A stretch of 62,360 nt of DNA, filler included, from 7 parts of 7 records of this genome joined end to end with filler, not necessarily neighbours in it, one strand, 5' to 3'. Numbered from the whole stretch's first letter, positions 1-9,615 are shown. The notes: a model not told the origin generated them from the letters alone. Made by a program: numbers and translations.

Positions 1-25
1 GGATCCCCGCTTTCGCGAGGATTAC
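1..25. repeat. Partial REP-like palindromic element (GGATCCCCGCTTTCGCGAGGATTAC), cut at the window edge
   Basis: Hairpin ATCC-C-CGC TTTC GCG-A-GGAT; resembles the widespread GGATCCCCGCTTTCGCGGGGATGAC extragenic repeat (recalled, not searched). Confidence 0.5.
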
Positions 26-439
26 AAGAGTGTGTAAATTATTCTAATTTTGACACCCATTAATTAATCCACCTTTACTTCGATTGTCTTAGCTGCTTAA
101 CACCCTGAGATCGTAAGCATATTCCTCTTATATTCACTATGAATATTGGGTGTCTTAAGTTCGATGAAGTGTCTTTTTACCGTATTTTTTATCATATTAC
201 TGGAGAGGGTCATGGCTGACATGGCTGTTTCGTCTTGACCCGCGGAATATAGATGACTTAATATGTCCGCCAACTGAAGTACCTGAAGATTTCCATGGAA
301 ATTGACGAGTAGTTGATCATTGAGGATTTGTCACAAATCCTTCAATTCTGATTAGAATTGTTCAAGAAGCTAAAACAGAGCCGAAACGCTGGAAAATGAT
401 AAATCGGGGCGTCTGCCGCATAATTCGGATTTTCAATTC

Positions 440-2212
440 ATGAAAAAGCTGCCACTCCTATATTGCGCCATTATTATCTGCATAATATCGATCACCTCAA
501 ATGGATGTTCGAGACAAAATTCGATCAAGAAACCGCCCGAAGCAGTCAAGGGTCTGATAAATCTGAGCCAATGGAATTTTAAGCAGGACGGACCGGTTAA
601 ACTTGACGGTGAATGGGAATTCTATTGGAACAAATTGTTAACACCCGCTGATTTCATAGCAGTCGGCAATGTGAATGTTGAATACATTGACGTCCCGTCG
701 ATCTGGAACAGCAGCCGGGGGCATGCCAAAACTCTACCCGGAACCGGTTTCGCAACCTACAGGCTTACAGTAGTATTAAGCGATATAAACCAGGTATATG
801 CCGTAAAGATGAAGGAAATATTTTCAGCCTACAAACTATGGGTTGATGGAAAATTGATTTATTCCAGCGGTAAAACAGGTAAAAGCAAGAGCACCGCGAT
901 TCCTAAACATCAGCCGCATGTTACTCATTTTGATATCGATAAAAATGAATTTGACATCGTTATTCAGGTTTCCAATTTTTCTTATAAAGACGGAGGAATA
1001 CGCGACGCTGTCGAGTTTGGTTTAGGACCTGCATTAATGGAAGCAAGAGAAAAGTCGCTAATCGCCAACTACGCTCTTTTTGGCAGCTTCCTGATAATGG
1101 CGATCTATCATTTCGCATTATACGGCTTGCGCCGTGAAGATAATTCAACAGTGTTTTTTGGATTATTCTGCCTTTTAATGGCCTCGCGCATATTGGCGAC
1201 GGATGAAGCCTATATTGTTAAATTTTTACCGGATATTGGCTGGGAAGCCAGTCTGAAGACCATTGTGCTGGGCTATTACCTGGCTTTGCCGGTTTTTATA
1301 ACCTTTATATATAAGCTTTATCCCCAGGAATACCACCGGCCGATCATAAGGTTTGTCCAAATTGTCGGAGCGGCGTCCAGCCTGATGGTGCTTGTTACTC
1401 CGGCAATCATTTATACAAAAACCGAACTCGCTTACCAAATTTTTCTTCTAATATCATCAATATACGTATTAGGAGGATTAATCAGGGCCGTGGTCAGGAA
1501 ACGCGACGGGGCCAAATGGGTGGTAAGCGGCATCCTGGTTCTGTTTTGCACTGTTATTAATGACGTTCTGTATGCTCAACATGTCGAATTCTTCCAGAAA
1601 TACCAGAATTTGCTGCCGGTGGGCCTGTTCATATTCATTTTTTCTCAATCGTATATTCTCTCCGCCCGATTTTCCAACGCGTTTAAAATCGCCAACATAG
1701 ACGAACTGAGCCAGGTGTTCAACCGCAGGCGTTTTATGGAACTGGCCGAGCAGGAGTTTCTAAAGTCTGAACGCACAGGCAGTCCTCTTTGCTTACTTTC
1801 TATTGACGCCGACCACTTTAAATCCGTCAATGACAATTATGGGCATGATGTCGGAGACCTGGTTTTAAAAACCTTGGCGGGAGCCTTCAAGGAAAACATA
1901 AGAAAACCGGATATATTCGGCCGCATGGGAGGAGAGGAGTTCGCGCTTCTTCTGCCTGAAACAAACCTGGACCGTGCGATGCAGATTGCCGACCGACTCC
2001 GCCGACTAATAGAAGCGACACAAATTCCAATAAAAGAAGACAAATTAAATATTACGGTCAGTATAGGCGTTGCGGCAACGGATACTTTAGAAACGACAAC
2101 GCTGGAAGCACTATTTAAAAACTCCGATACTGCCCTGTATCAAGCAAAAAACAACGGCCGCAATCAGGTCGCGGCCTGGAGCGCGGCTTCCGCTAACGTG
2201 GATAGTTTGTGA
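440..2212 (+). CDS. Membrane diguanylate cyclase: N-terminal lipoprotein/signal segment, extracellular carbohydrate-binding-like domain, 7TM-DISM domain, GGDEF domain
   Basis: LDGEWEFYW and VPSIW motifs of DISM extracellular domains; 7 hydrophobic segments; DADHFKSVNDNYGHDVGD, RKPD I-site, GGEEF active site, ALYQAKNNGRNQ. Confidence 0.9.
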   Translation: MKKLPLLYCAIIICIISITSNGCSRQNSIKKPPEAVKGLINLSQWNFKQDGPVKLDGEWEFYWNKLLTPADFIAVGNVNVEYIDVPSIWNSSRGHAKTLPGTGFATYRLTVVLSDINQVYAVKMKEIFSAYKLWVDGKLIYSSGKTGKSKSTAIPKHQPHVTHFDIDKNEFDIVIQVSNFSYKDGGIRDAVEFGLGPALMEAREKSLIANYALFGSFLIMAIYHFALYGLRREDNSTVFFGLFCLLMASRILATDEAYIVKFLPDIGWEASLKTIVLGYYLALPVFITFIYKLYPQEYHRPIIRFVQIVGAASSLMVLVTPAIIYTKTELAYQIFLLISSIYVLGGLIRAVVRKRDGAKWVVSGILVLFCTVINDVLYAQHVEFFQKYQNLLPVGLFIFIFSQSYILSARFSNAFKIANIDELSQVFNRRRFMELAEQEFLKSERTGSPLCLLSIDADHFKSVNDNYGHDVGDLVLKTLAGAFKENIRKPDIFGRMGGEEFALLLPETNLDRAMQIADRLRRLIEATQIPIKEDKLNITVSIGVAATDTLETTTLEALFKNSDTALYQAKNNGRNQVAAWSAASANVDSL

Positions 2213-2238
2213 AATCCTAAACTCGGATTTAATCAAGG

Positions 2239-2688
2239 TTAATCGTCGGCTTCAGCATCATCCTGTTCCAGGTAGCCCATTTCCGGCGTAGCCATGGCCG
2301 GCCTGAGGCGGGCCATGGCCGTGGTCATTTTTCTGAACCCGCATTTTCTATAAAAACTTTCCTTGCCGGGCACGGCGTAAAGAATAATGTTTTCCACGGG
2401 CAGTTTTTCGCAGAGCTTGTCCATTATTATCTTACCGACGCCCCTGCCCTGGTATTCCGGTAAAATAACCAAGTCGTATACGGCGGCCTGGTATTCGCCG
2501 TCGCACAAAGCCCTGGCCAACCCGATCAGTTTGCCTTCGTCAAAAGCGGCGACGACTGCGTAACTAGATTCAAAGGCCCTTTTCAATTGATCGGGTTTTC
2601 GTTTGCGCGTGCCCAGGGGCGCCCGGACGAATACTTCCACAGCCTCGTCCCAGTCAATACCATTGCAGTTGTCGAAATACGTTATCAT
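2239..2688 (-). CDS. GNAT family N-acetyltransferase
   Basis: Acetyl-CoA motif LVILPEYQGRGVG and FYRKCGF. Confidence 0.9.
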   Translation of the reverse strand: MITYFDNCNGIDWDEAVEVFVRAPLGTRKRKPDQLKRAFESSYAVVAAFDEGKLIGLARALCDGEYQAAVYDLVILPEYQGRGVGKIIMDKLCEKLPVENIILYAVPGKESFYRKCGFRKMTTAMARLRPAMATPEMGYLEQDDAEADD

Positions 2689-2743
2689 GGGCGTTAAACC
2701 TTATTGAAAAAGGAAAATTAATTCAGATAAATTCATATATTAT

Positions 2744-2767
2744 GGGCGGTTCGCGAACCGCCCTTAC
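2744..2767. repeat. REP-like perfect 20-bp palindrome GGGCGGTTCGCGAACCGCCC followed by TTAC
   Basis: Perfect palindrome at 2744-2763 in intergenic DNA; flank resembles the GTAG/CTAC ends of RAYT-associated REPs. Confidence 0.6.
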
Positions 2768-2890
2768 ACATAAAGCGCCTTTATACAGCATGGCAAGAGC
2801 GTCCAGGCGCCCAACAATCGTAAAATAACCTTGATTGAGGCGCCGACCTATCAGAGTTGGGAACAAAACCTGAGGCATCCCAATGCCGGT

Positions 2891-2931
2891 AATATAATAA
2901 GAAGCGGTTCGGATTATGGAATCCGAACCGC
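2891..2931 (-). terminator. Intrinsic terminator downstream of hflC
   Basis: 12-bp stem GCGGTTCGGATT/AATCCGAACCGC with 4-nt loop, then a T-rich tract on the minus strand, about 20 bp after the hflC stop. Confidence 0.7.
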
Positions 2932-2952
2932 GAATTGGTTTATTTTTAAGGT

Positions 2953-3906
2953 TTATTGTTGTTCAGTGGACTCGGGCGTTGGTTCAGGGACAGTCGGTAC
3001 AGATGGAGCAGGCTCCGGTTTTTCTTCTTTTTTATCGTCAGTAAATCCAGCGCCGCTTTCCTTGAAGAATTGCAGGAATTCGTCTTCCTGGGACAGTATA
3101 ACCGTGGTTTTACTATCCATGGCGTTTTGGTAGGATTCAAGCGACCTGAGGAAGTTGAAAAAATTAGGATCCTTCCCAAAGGCTTCGGCGTAAATCCTGG
3201 TGGCTTCGCCATCGCCCTGACCTTTTAGTTCCTGGGATTTCCTGTATGCTTCGGCCAGGATAATCGTCCGCTTTTTCTCAGCGGCCGCCCTTAATTTGAG
3301 GGCCTCTTCCTCACCTTCGGAACGGTAACGCTTGGCTTCCCTTTCACGCTCGGCCTGCATACGGCCGAAAACCGCCCGCTCGTTCTCACGGGGAAGATCG
3401 GCGCGCTTTATTCTGACGTCGACGACGCTTATTCCGAAATCCCTGAGCTGTTTATCCGCGCGAACGGTGACTTTTTCCATGATTTCAGGTCTTAATTCGG
3501 AAATAATGGCCGCCATTTCGTATCGGCCCAATTCTACGCGGAGTTCGGCAAATACAATATCGTCCAGGCGGGCCAGGGCGCCGCTGACATTGCGCACGGT
3601 TGTATAAAACTTGAGCGGGTCGATTATTTTCCACTTGGCATAATTGTCGACCACGAGGTTCTTCTTGTCCTTGGTCAATATTTCAGCGGGATGGGCGTCG
3701 TAATCAAGAAGACGCCGTTCAAAAAATATTGCTTCCTGGATGAACGGTATTTTCATATGCAGGCCGGGCGTCTGGACGCCGCTGACGGGCTTGCCGAGCT
3801 GGACCAAAATGGCCTGCTTAGTTTCATCCACCATAAAAAAGGAGGCATTGAGAGCTATCAACACCAGCACGGCTATAGCCACGAGGGGTCCAAATTTCTT
3901 GTTCAT
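2953..3906 (-). CDS. hflC: FtsH protease modulator HflC (SPFH domain)
   Basis: N-terminal TM helix, LTKDKKNLVVDNY, RMQAEREREAKRYRSEGEE, F..FLRSLESY; directly downstream of hflK. Confidence 0.95.
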   Translation of the reverse strand: MNKKFGPLVAIAVLVLIALNASFFMVDETKQAILVQLGKPVSGVQTPGLHMKIPFIQEAIFFERRLLDYDAHPAEILTKDKKNLVVDNYAKWKIIDPLKFYTTVRNVSGALARLDDIVFAELRVELGRYEMAAIISELRPEIMEKVTVRADKQLRDFGISVVDVRIKRADLPRENERAVFGRMQAEREREAKRYRSEGEEEALKLRAAAEKKRTIILAEAYRKSQELKGQGDGEATRIYAEAFGKDPNFFNFLRSLESYQNAMDSKTTVILSQEDEFLQFFKESGAGFTDDKKEEKPEPAPSVPTVPEPTPESTEQQ

Positions 3907-3907
3907 A

Positions 3908-4951
3908 TTAATTCCCCCCTTTCTGATCGGCCGTCATGCCGGATTTGTTGAAGCCTTCAAGGGGCAGCAGAGGCAAAACGCCCTGTTTTCCTGGATCCAT
4001 TATGAATTTTTTAGCCCTTATCAGAATTTTTTCCATTGTTTCGAGGTAAAGCCGTTTGCGGGTGATGTCTTTGGCTTTTTTGTATTCCTTTAGAACGGAC
4101 AGAAACCTGTCGGCGTCGCCTTCCGCCTTCTTGACTTTTTCAGCCTTGTAAGCTTCGGCCTGGGCGACTATTTCCGCGGCCCGGCCTTTTGCCTTGGGCA
4201 GGATGTCGTTGGCGTAACCTTCCGCCTGGTTGATGATCTTGTTCTGATCCTCCCTGGCCGAGGCGACGTCCTTGAACGCGGCCCTGACTTCCTGGGGCGG
4301 ATGAACTTCCTGAAGCTGGACGGCCACGATCTCCAACCCGGATTCATAGTTATCCAAAATCGTCTGGAGCGTTTTGGACGTATCAACCTGAATCTGGAAT
4401 TTGCCGGCTGTCAGCGCGTTATCGATCTTGTTCTTGCCGATGACTTCGCGCATGGCTGCTTCCGCTGCGTCGCGAACGGTTTTAAAGGGGTCTTCGACCT
4501 TGAACAGGAATTCGTTGGCGCCCTTGATCCTGTATTGCACGATGAACCAGATATCGATGATGTTTTCATCGCCGGTCAGCATCAAGGCTTCGTTGGTCAC
4601 CGGCCGGTATTGGGCCGGGGGTCCCGGATTAATGGTTCTAAAACCGATTTCGAACCGGCGGATCTGGGTCACTTTCGGTTTCATGACCGATTCGATCGGA
4701 AACGGGAAGTGGTAATGGGGGCCGGGATCGGTGGACCTGGAATAGGCGCCGAACCTTTTGACCACGCCGATCTCATCGGGGGCGACAATATAGATACCCG
4801 ATAAGAGCCAAACAGCAACCACAATGACTATAATTATGGTCACGTTTGGCATTCGGCCTCGAAAACGTTTCAGGTTTTCCACGACCTTTTCCATATCCGG
4901 AGGCTGTTGCGGCTCCTTCTTTTGCTGCCATTTTTCCCAATCCATGGGCAT
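3908..4951 (-). CDS. hflK: FtsH protease modulator HflK (SPFH domain)
   Basis: PPDM N-terminus, MLTGDENII, AFKDVASARED, RKRLYLETME. Confidence 0.95.
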   Translation of the reverse strand: MPMDWEKWQQKKEPQQPPDMEKVVENLKRFRGRMPNVTIIIVIVVAVWLLSGIYIVAPDEIGVVKRFGAYSRSTDPGPHYHFPFPIESVMKPKVTQIRRFEIGFRTINPGPPAQYRPVTNEALMLTGDENIIDIWFIVQYRIKGANEFLFKVEDPFKTVRDAAEAAMREVIGKNKIDNALTAGKFQIQVDTSKTLQTILDNYESGLEIVAVQLQEVHPPQEVRAAFKDVASAREDQNKIINQAEGYANDILPKAKGRAAEIVAQAEAYKAEKVKKAEGDADRFLSVLKEYKKAKDITRKRLYLETMEKILIRAKKFIMDPGKQGVLPLLPLEGFNKSGMTADQKGGN

Positions 4952-4985
4952 AATTTCACCTATTTTTTCATCATAATAATAATTG

Positions 4986-5013
4986 ATTATATTTATGGTC
5001 GATTACCAGTCAA
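4986..5013 (-). promoter_or_regulatory. Sigma70-type promoter for hflKC
   Basis: Minus strand TTGACT (5013-5008), 16-bp spacer, TATAAT (4991-4986), about 35 bp upstream of the hflK ATG. Confidence 0.6.
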
Positions 5014-5054
5014 GTCAAGGTTTTATTCCATTTCGTAATAATATTGATCATTAA

Positions 5055-6377
5055 TCAGCGTTTTATACCGGAGGCCAGTTCCCTTGCTTCGGCCATTGTT
5101 TCGGCCAGGTCGAATCCGGTTGGCTTTCCATTTTCAACAAGTATTTTACCATCGACCAGAACGGTTTCGACTTCACGTCCGGTCGCGGAATATACCAGGT
5201 GACTAGTGGGATTGTAAATCGGTTTGAGGCCCGGTTTTTCCACATCCAACATGATAATATCGGCCTTGAAGCCGGGGCTGATTAAGCCGACTTGTCCTTC
5301 CCAACCGAGAGCGGCCGCGCCGTACGGGCCGGCCATTTGAAGCGCCTTTTCCGCCGGTATAATCGTTGGATCAAGGGACGAGGCCTTGTAGGCCAGGGCC
5401 AGGGACCTCATTTCCCCGAACATATTCAAATCATTGTTGCTGGCGGCGCCGTCGGTTCCCAGGGCGGGTTTAAGCCCCTTTTCGAGCATAACTGGAACCG
5501 GGGCCAGGCCTGAAGCCAGCTTCATGTTGCTTTCCATGCAAATACAGACTTTTGCTTTTCTTTCGGCCAGCAGTTCGATTTCGCTTTCCGAAATATGAAC
5601 GCAATGAACCAGCAGCGTCTGTTCATCCAGAACGCCCAGGGAATCGAGATAGTGAACTACATCCATCCCTTTTTCCGATTTTATCTGCTCAATTTCGACT
5701 GCTGCTTCGGCGGCGTGAATCTGCATGATCACGCCGGCATTTCTGGCCAGTTCCTTACTACGCCTGATGGTTTCGGCCGAACAAGTGAATGGCGAATGGC
5801 AAAAGACGGAAGGCGTGATCAAGGGGCTTGCCCCCTGCAGGTTTTCAACAAATCCGGCCGCGACTTCAATGTTTTTGGAAGGATCGGGTACGCCCGGCGC
5901 CGGAAAATCTATAACCCCCTGGGCCAGAACAGCGCGCATGCCTGTTTCGGCAACAGCCTGCACCGCCGCCTCTTGCACAAAATAGGCGTCAGCCACGCTG
6001 GTTGTACCGGAAAGCAGCATTTCCGCGCAAGCAAGCTTGACGCCGCTGTAAACAAGCTTTTCATTTACGTGGGCGGCTTCGGTGGGAAAAATATGTTCAT
6101 TAAGCCAGGTCATGAGGGGCAGGTCGTCGGCCAGGCCGCGAAATACGGTCATGGCGCCGTGGCAGTGTCCGTTTACCAGCCCGGGCATGACCAGGCGGCC
6201 CGCAGCCTCCAACACCCTGCCCGCTTCCAGGTCCGGGGGCAGGTTTTCCACAGCCCCTACGGCGGTCACGGCCCCGTCTTTTATACAGACAAAGCCGTTT
6301 TGTATGGGCTCGTCCCCGGGAACGAGAGTAACCACCATGCCGCCTCGAATCAGGATATCCGGGTTTTTATCCATCAT
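5055..6377 (-). CDS. Metal-dependent amidohydrolase, MtaD-like (5-methylthioadenosine/SAH deaminase family)
   Basis: PGLVNGHCH (HxH), LADDLPLMTWL, HAAE, HCVH, SNMKLASG, GTDGAASNN. Confidence 0.85.
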   Translation of the reverse strand: MMDKNPDILIRGGMVVTLVPGDEPIQNGFVCIKDGAVTAVGAVENLPPDLEAGRVLEAAGRLVMPGLVNGHCHGAMTVFRGLADDLPLMTWLNEHIFPTEAAHVNEKLVYSGVKLACAEMLLSGTTSVADAYFVQEAAVQAVAETGMRAVLAQGVIDFPAPGVPDPSKNIEVAAGFVENLQGASPLITPSVFCHSPFTCSAETIRRSKELARNAGVIMQIHAAEAAVEIEQIKSEKGMDVVHYLDSLGVLDEQTLLVHCVHISESEIELLAERKAKVCICMESNMKLASGLAPVPVMLEKGLKPALGTDGAASNNDLNMFGEMRSLALAYKASSLDPTIIPAEKALQMAGPYGAAALGWEGQVGLISPGFKADIIMLDVEKPGLKPIYNPTSHLVYSATGREVETVLVDGKILVENGKPTGFDLAETMAEARELASGIKR

Positions 6378-6811
6378 GCGATAATGACCTCCGGGTGCAG
6401 TACAACTTCGCTTTTCATGGAATTGGTCACCAGGCAGTAGCGGCCGGCCAGGTCCAGGGCCTTGTTGACCGGGGCGGCGTGTCTTTCATCTTCTATTAAT
6501 ACTTTAGGATAAAGATCGATCCGGGTAAATTGCAGTCCTCCTTCAGGGACTTTTTCGAGCACGCCCTCGCCCCGGCAGGAAAAGTCTTTCCATTCCGCTT
6601 TCACTTTTGCACCCATGGCCAGAAAAGTGGACATAATGCAGACCACGGCGGAAGCAACATAGAGATCTTCGGGCGAAGTATACCCGTCATGTCCTCCGAA
6701 TTCGGGCGGCGTGGCCACGGGCAGATCCGGTTTTTCATCCAAAAAAAGGTTCCCCTTTTTTTCGTCGGTCCATTTGACTTCAGCGCTGTAAACGTATCTC
6801 ATTTCGCTCAT
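6374..6811 (-). CDS. OsmC/Ohr family protein
   Basis: PPEFGG...SPEDL.....C and C-terminal YCLVTNS: both family cysteines present; ATGA overlaps with both neighbours. Confidence 0.85.
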   Translation of the reverse strand: MSEMRYVYSAEVKWTDEKKGNLFLDEKPDLPVATPPEFGGHDGYTSPEDLYVASAVVCIMSTFLAMGAKVKAEWKDFSCRGEGVLEKVPEGGLQFTRIDLYPKVLIEDERHAAPVNKALDLAGRYCLVTNSMKSEVVLHPEVIIA

Positions 6812-7649
6812 GACTGCGACTCCCCGACCGTGCGGCCCATGACCGAGGCTATTTCGGCCATACGGGCGTATACTTCTTCCAGGTCTATTGTTGTCAACCG
6901 CCTGTTTTCCATCAGCACCCTGCCGTTGACGACGCTGTGCACGACGTCCGCTCCCGAGGCGGCGTACACGAGGTGGCTGACGGGATTATACATCGGCGTC
7001 AGGTGAGGCTGATCAAGGTTTATAACAATCATGTCGGCCAGACAACCTTTTTCCAACCGTCCGGCGTTTCCATCCAGGCCGAGAACCCGGCTGCCTTCGG
7101 CAGTGGCCATTTTTAGCACCAAATCCGCGTCCATGACCGTGGGATCCATGGAATGAACCTTGTGTAATTTGGCGGCCATGTCCATTTCGCAAAACATGTC
7201 CAGGTTGTTATTGGAGGCGGGCCCGTCCGTACCCAGACCGACCGGAATGCCGGCTGACGCCATTTCCGGGATCCTTGCTATTCCGGAGGCCAGCTTCATA
7301 TTGCTTCTTGGATTGTGGGCCACACGGACGCCCCTTTTGGCCAGAAGGTCTATTTCTTCGTCTTCAAGCACGACGCAATGATCCGCGATCAGGTTTTCCG
7401 TGAGCACCCCCAGATTTTCCAGGTGCCGCACCGGGGTGAATCCGTATCTTTCCTTAACGGTTTTTACTTCATCCTCGTTTTCGGAAAGGTGGGTGATTAA
7501 AGGAGCATTATGCTTCAATGCCAGGTCCCGGCAGGCGGTCAACAGGTCGGGCGAACAGGTGTACAAGGCGTGAGGTTCGACCGCTATGCTTATCCGCTCG
7601 TGATCCTTGTATTGTTCGATGAGCTTTTCCGTTAAGCGGAGACCTTCCT
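6808..7649 (-). CDS. Second MtaD-like amidohydrolase, 5' end cut by the contig edge
   Basis: Frame open to the contig end (…EPHALYTCS, HLSE, HCV, HNPRSNMKLASG, GTDGPASNN). Confidence 0.85.
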
Positions 7650-7749
7650 NNNNNNNNNNNNNNNNNNNNNNNNNNNNNNNNNNNNNNNNNNNNTTAATTA
7701 ATTAANNNNNNNNNNNNNNNNNNNNNNNNNNNNNNNNNNNNNNNNNNNN
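7650..7749. other. Artificial contig spacer
   Basis: 44 N + TTAATTAATTAA (stops in all six frames) + 44 N. Confidence 0.99.
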
Positions 7750-7844
7750 GCACAGGACAATCTTGTCGTTTTACAGTACGGGAATGGCTGCCATTACGTG
7801 CAGAAATCGGGTTAGCGAAGTATTGGGCAAAGACAGGATCTATC

Positions 7845-8420
7845 ATGAATGGAATTGTTTTAATTGGTGCTTCGACAGGGGCACCACGGTCGCATCATGT
7901 GTTTCTCCAGAAATGGCCGGATAATCTCAATATGCCAATTGTGATTGTCCAGCACATGCCGCCAGGACCATTTATCGAGGGTATGTATCGATACCTGAGA
8001 CATTTTGTCCGCGACCTGAAATGGGTTTCTCACGGAGCACAACCGGAACCGGGCGTGCTGTACCTGATTGAACCGGGGCATCATGTCCGATTCAGCCGAA
8101 ATGGATCATTCAACCTCCAGGAGGACAGGCGGGAAAATGCATTCTGCCCCTCCATGGACATCACGTTTGCAAGTGCCGCTGCAGTATATGGCAAGCAGAC
8201 GTATGCCATCATGGTTTCAGGACTTCATGCAAATCACGATGGCCGTGAAGGGTGCAAAGCGATTCGCTACAAAGGCGGTAAAGTGATCGTTGCAAAACCG
8301 AGCTCGGTGTCCTGTCCGATTATGATCGAGCAGGTCAAGAAGGCCAATGCATACGACATTGAAGTCCCGCTGGTAACAGTTCTCGATGCTGTCCCGGTAG
8401 CAGGTCCCTTAACAGTATGA
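7845..8420 (+). CDS. Stand-alone divergent CheB methylesterase-domain protein (copy 1)
   Basis: IGASTGAP (Ser), VQHMP (His), PSMD, SGLHANHDG (Asp): collinear with the CheB catalytic domain; no receiver domain fused. Confidence 0.85.
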   Translation: MNGIVLIGASTGAPRSHHVFLQKWPDNLNMPIVIVQHMPPGPFIEGMYRYLRHFVRDLKWVSHGAQPEPGVLYLIEPGHHVRFSRNGSFNLQEDRRENAFCPSMDITFASAAAVYGKQTYAIMVSGLHANHDGREGCKAIRYKGGKVIVAKPSSVSCPIMIEQVKKANAYDIEVPLVTVLDAVPVAGPLTV

Positions 8421-8428
8421 GGAGAGCA

Positions 8429-8842
8429 ATGGACGCACTGAAAGAAAAGCATGTACTGGTTGTCGACGACGATGAAGCCATACGGATGTTTCTCAGTTAC
8501 TTTTTCAAAGAAAAAGGAATGTTCGTTACGGAAGCAGGAGACGGCGATGAGGCCATTGAAAAAGCACTGTATCACGAATTCGATCTGATCACGATGGATC
8601 TCGTAATGCCAAACGTTACGGGAATTGATGCGATTCGCGCGATTCGTACGGTGGATCCAAAACAGCGAATCATCATTATCTCTTCCTGCTACATGACACC
8701 GGTCATGGACGAAGTCAACCAACTGAATATTACGCACTTTATTCAGAAACCGATTGCACTGAATCTGCTGGAAGAAGCGGTTCTCGACGAAATGAGCCAC
8801 GAAGTCGAATTGGTGGATCCCTGGGTGAAGCAGGTTCACTGA
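8429..8842 (+). CDS. Single-domain response regulator (receiver, copy 1), canonical phospho-acceptor
   Basis: VLVVDDD, FDLITMD (Asp), IIISS, FIQKP; AGGAGAG RBS before ATG 8429 (alternative start 8417). Confidence 0.9.
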   Translation: MDALKEKHVLVVDDDEAIRMFLSYFFKEKGMFVTEAGDGDEAIEKALYHEFDLITMDLVMPNVTGIDAIRAIRTVDPKQRIIIISSCYMTPVMDEVNQLNITHFIQKPIALNLLEEAVLDEMSHEVELVDPWVKQVH

Positions 8843-9028
8843 TGTTCTGGCTCCGGCGCTGTGGGGCGCGAAAGAAGCACACGGGCTTGAACGCTGAATG
8901 TAACAATCAATAGTCCTCTGTACAGAATTTACCTAAGGTAACGGTAAGGTCCTGCCGTTATACATGTGGGTCTATGCGGGATATTTGTTCGGGCATTCAG
9001 GGTTGTTTTTTACCTTGAGGTACTGTTC

Positions 9029-9613
9029 ATGAACCAAATCGTGCTAGTAGGAGCTTCGACGGGAGCACCCGGCTACCACCATGTGTTTCTCCGCAGATGG
9101 CCTGCGTCCCTGAAAGCGCCTGTGTTGATCATTCAGCACATGCCACCGGGACCATTTCTCGACGGTATGTTCAATTACATCGCCAGGCATGTCCCATGTG
9201 TCGAATGGGCGGAAACAGGAAAAACCCTGCAACCCGGTGTCGTGTATCTGGTCCAGGCGGAATATCACGTGCGATTCAATCCGGATCGATCGATCATTGT
9301 CGAACCGGACAAAAAAGAAAATTACTTCTGCCCCTCCATGGACATCACATTCGACAGTGCTGCAAAAATATATCGAACCGGAACCGCGGTCATCATGTGC
9401 TCCGGACTTCATGCCAACCACGACGGACTCAACGGATGCCGCGCAGTTCGCCAGCAGGGCGGAAAAGTGATTCTTGCGACAAAGGCATCTGTGGAATGTG
9501 ACATCATGATCCGTCACGTCAAACAGGCAGGAGAGTATGATTTTGAGTCTCCCCTGTCCAGCGTGTTGGAATGTGCCGCCCAGTTACAGAACAAGACACC
9601 GGTGAGAGCATAA
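9029..9613 (+). CDS. Stand-alone divergent CheB methylesterase-domain protein (copy 2)
   Basis: Clear paralog of 7845-8420 (VGASTGAP, IQHMPPGPF, FCPSMDITF, SGLHANHDG); GAGG RBS before ATG 9029. Confidence 0.85.
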   Translation: MNQIVLVGASTGAPGYHHVFLRRWPASLKAPVLIIQHMPPGPFLDGMFNYIARHVPCVEWAETGKTLQPGVVYLVQAEYHVRFNPDRSIIVEPDKKENYFCPSMDITFDSAAKIYRTGTAVIMCSGLHANHDGLNGCRAVRQQGGKVILATKASVECDIMIRHVKQAGEYDFESPLSSVLECAAQLQNKTPVRA

Positions 9614-9615
9614 CG

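Noticed and set aside
7694-7705. TTAATTAATTAA recurring six times as a possible biological repeat
   Set aside because: Always centred in 44-N flanks; it is a synthetic all-frame stop linker
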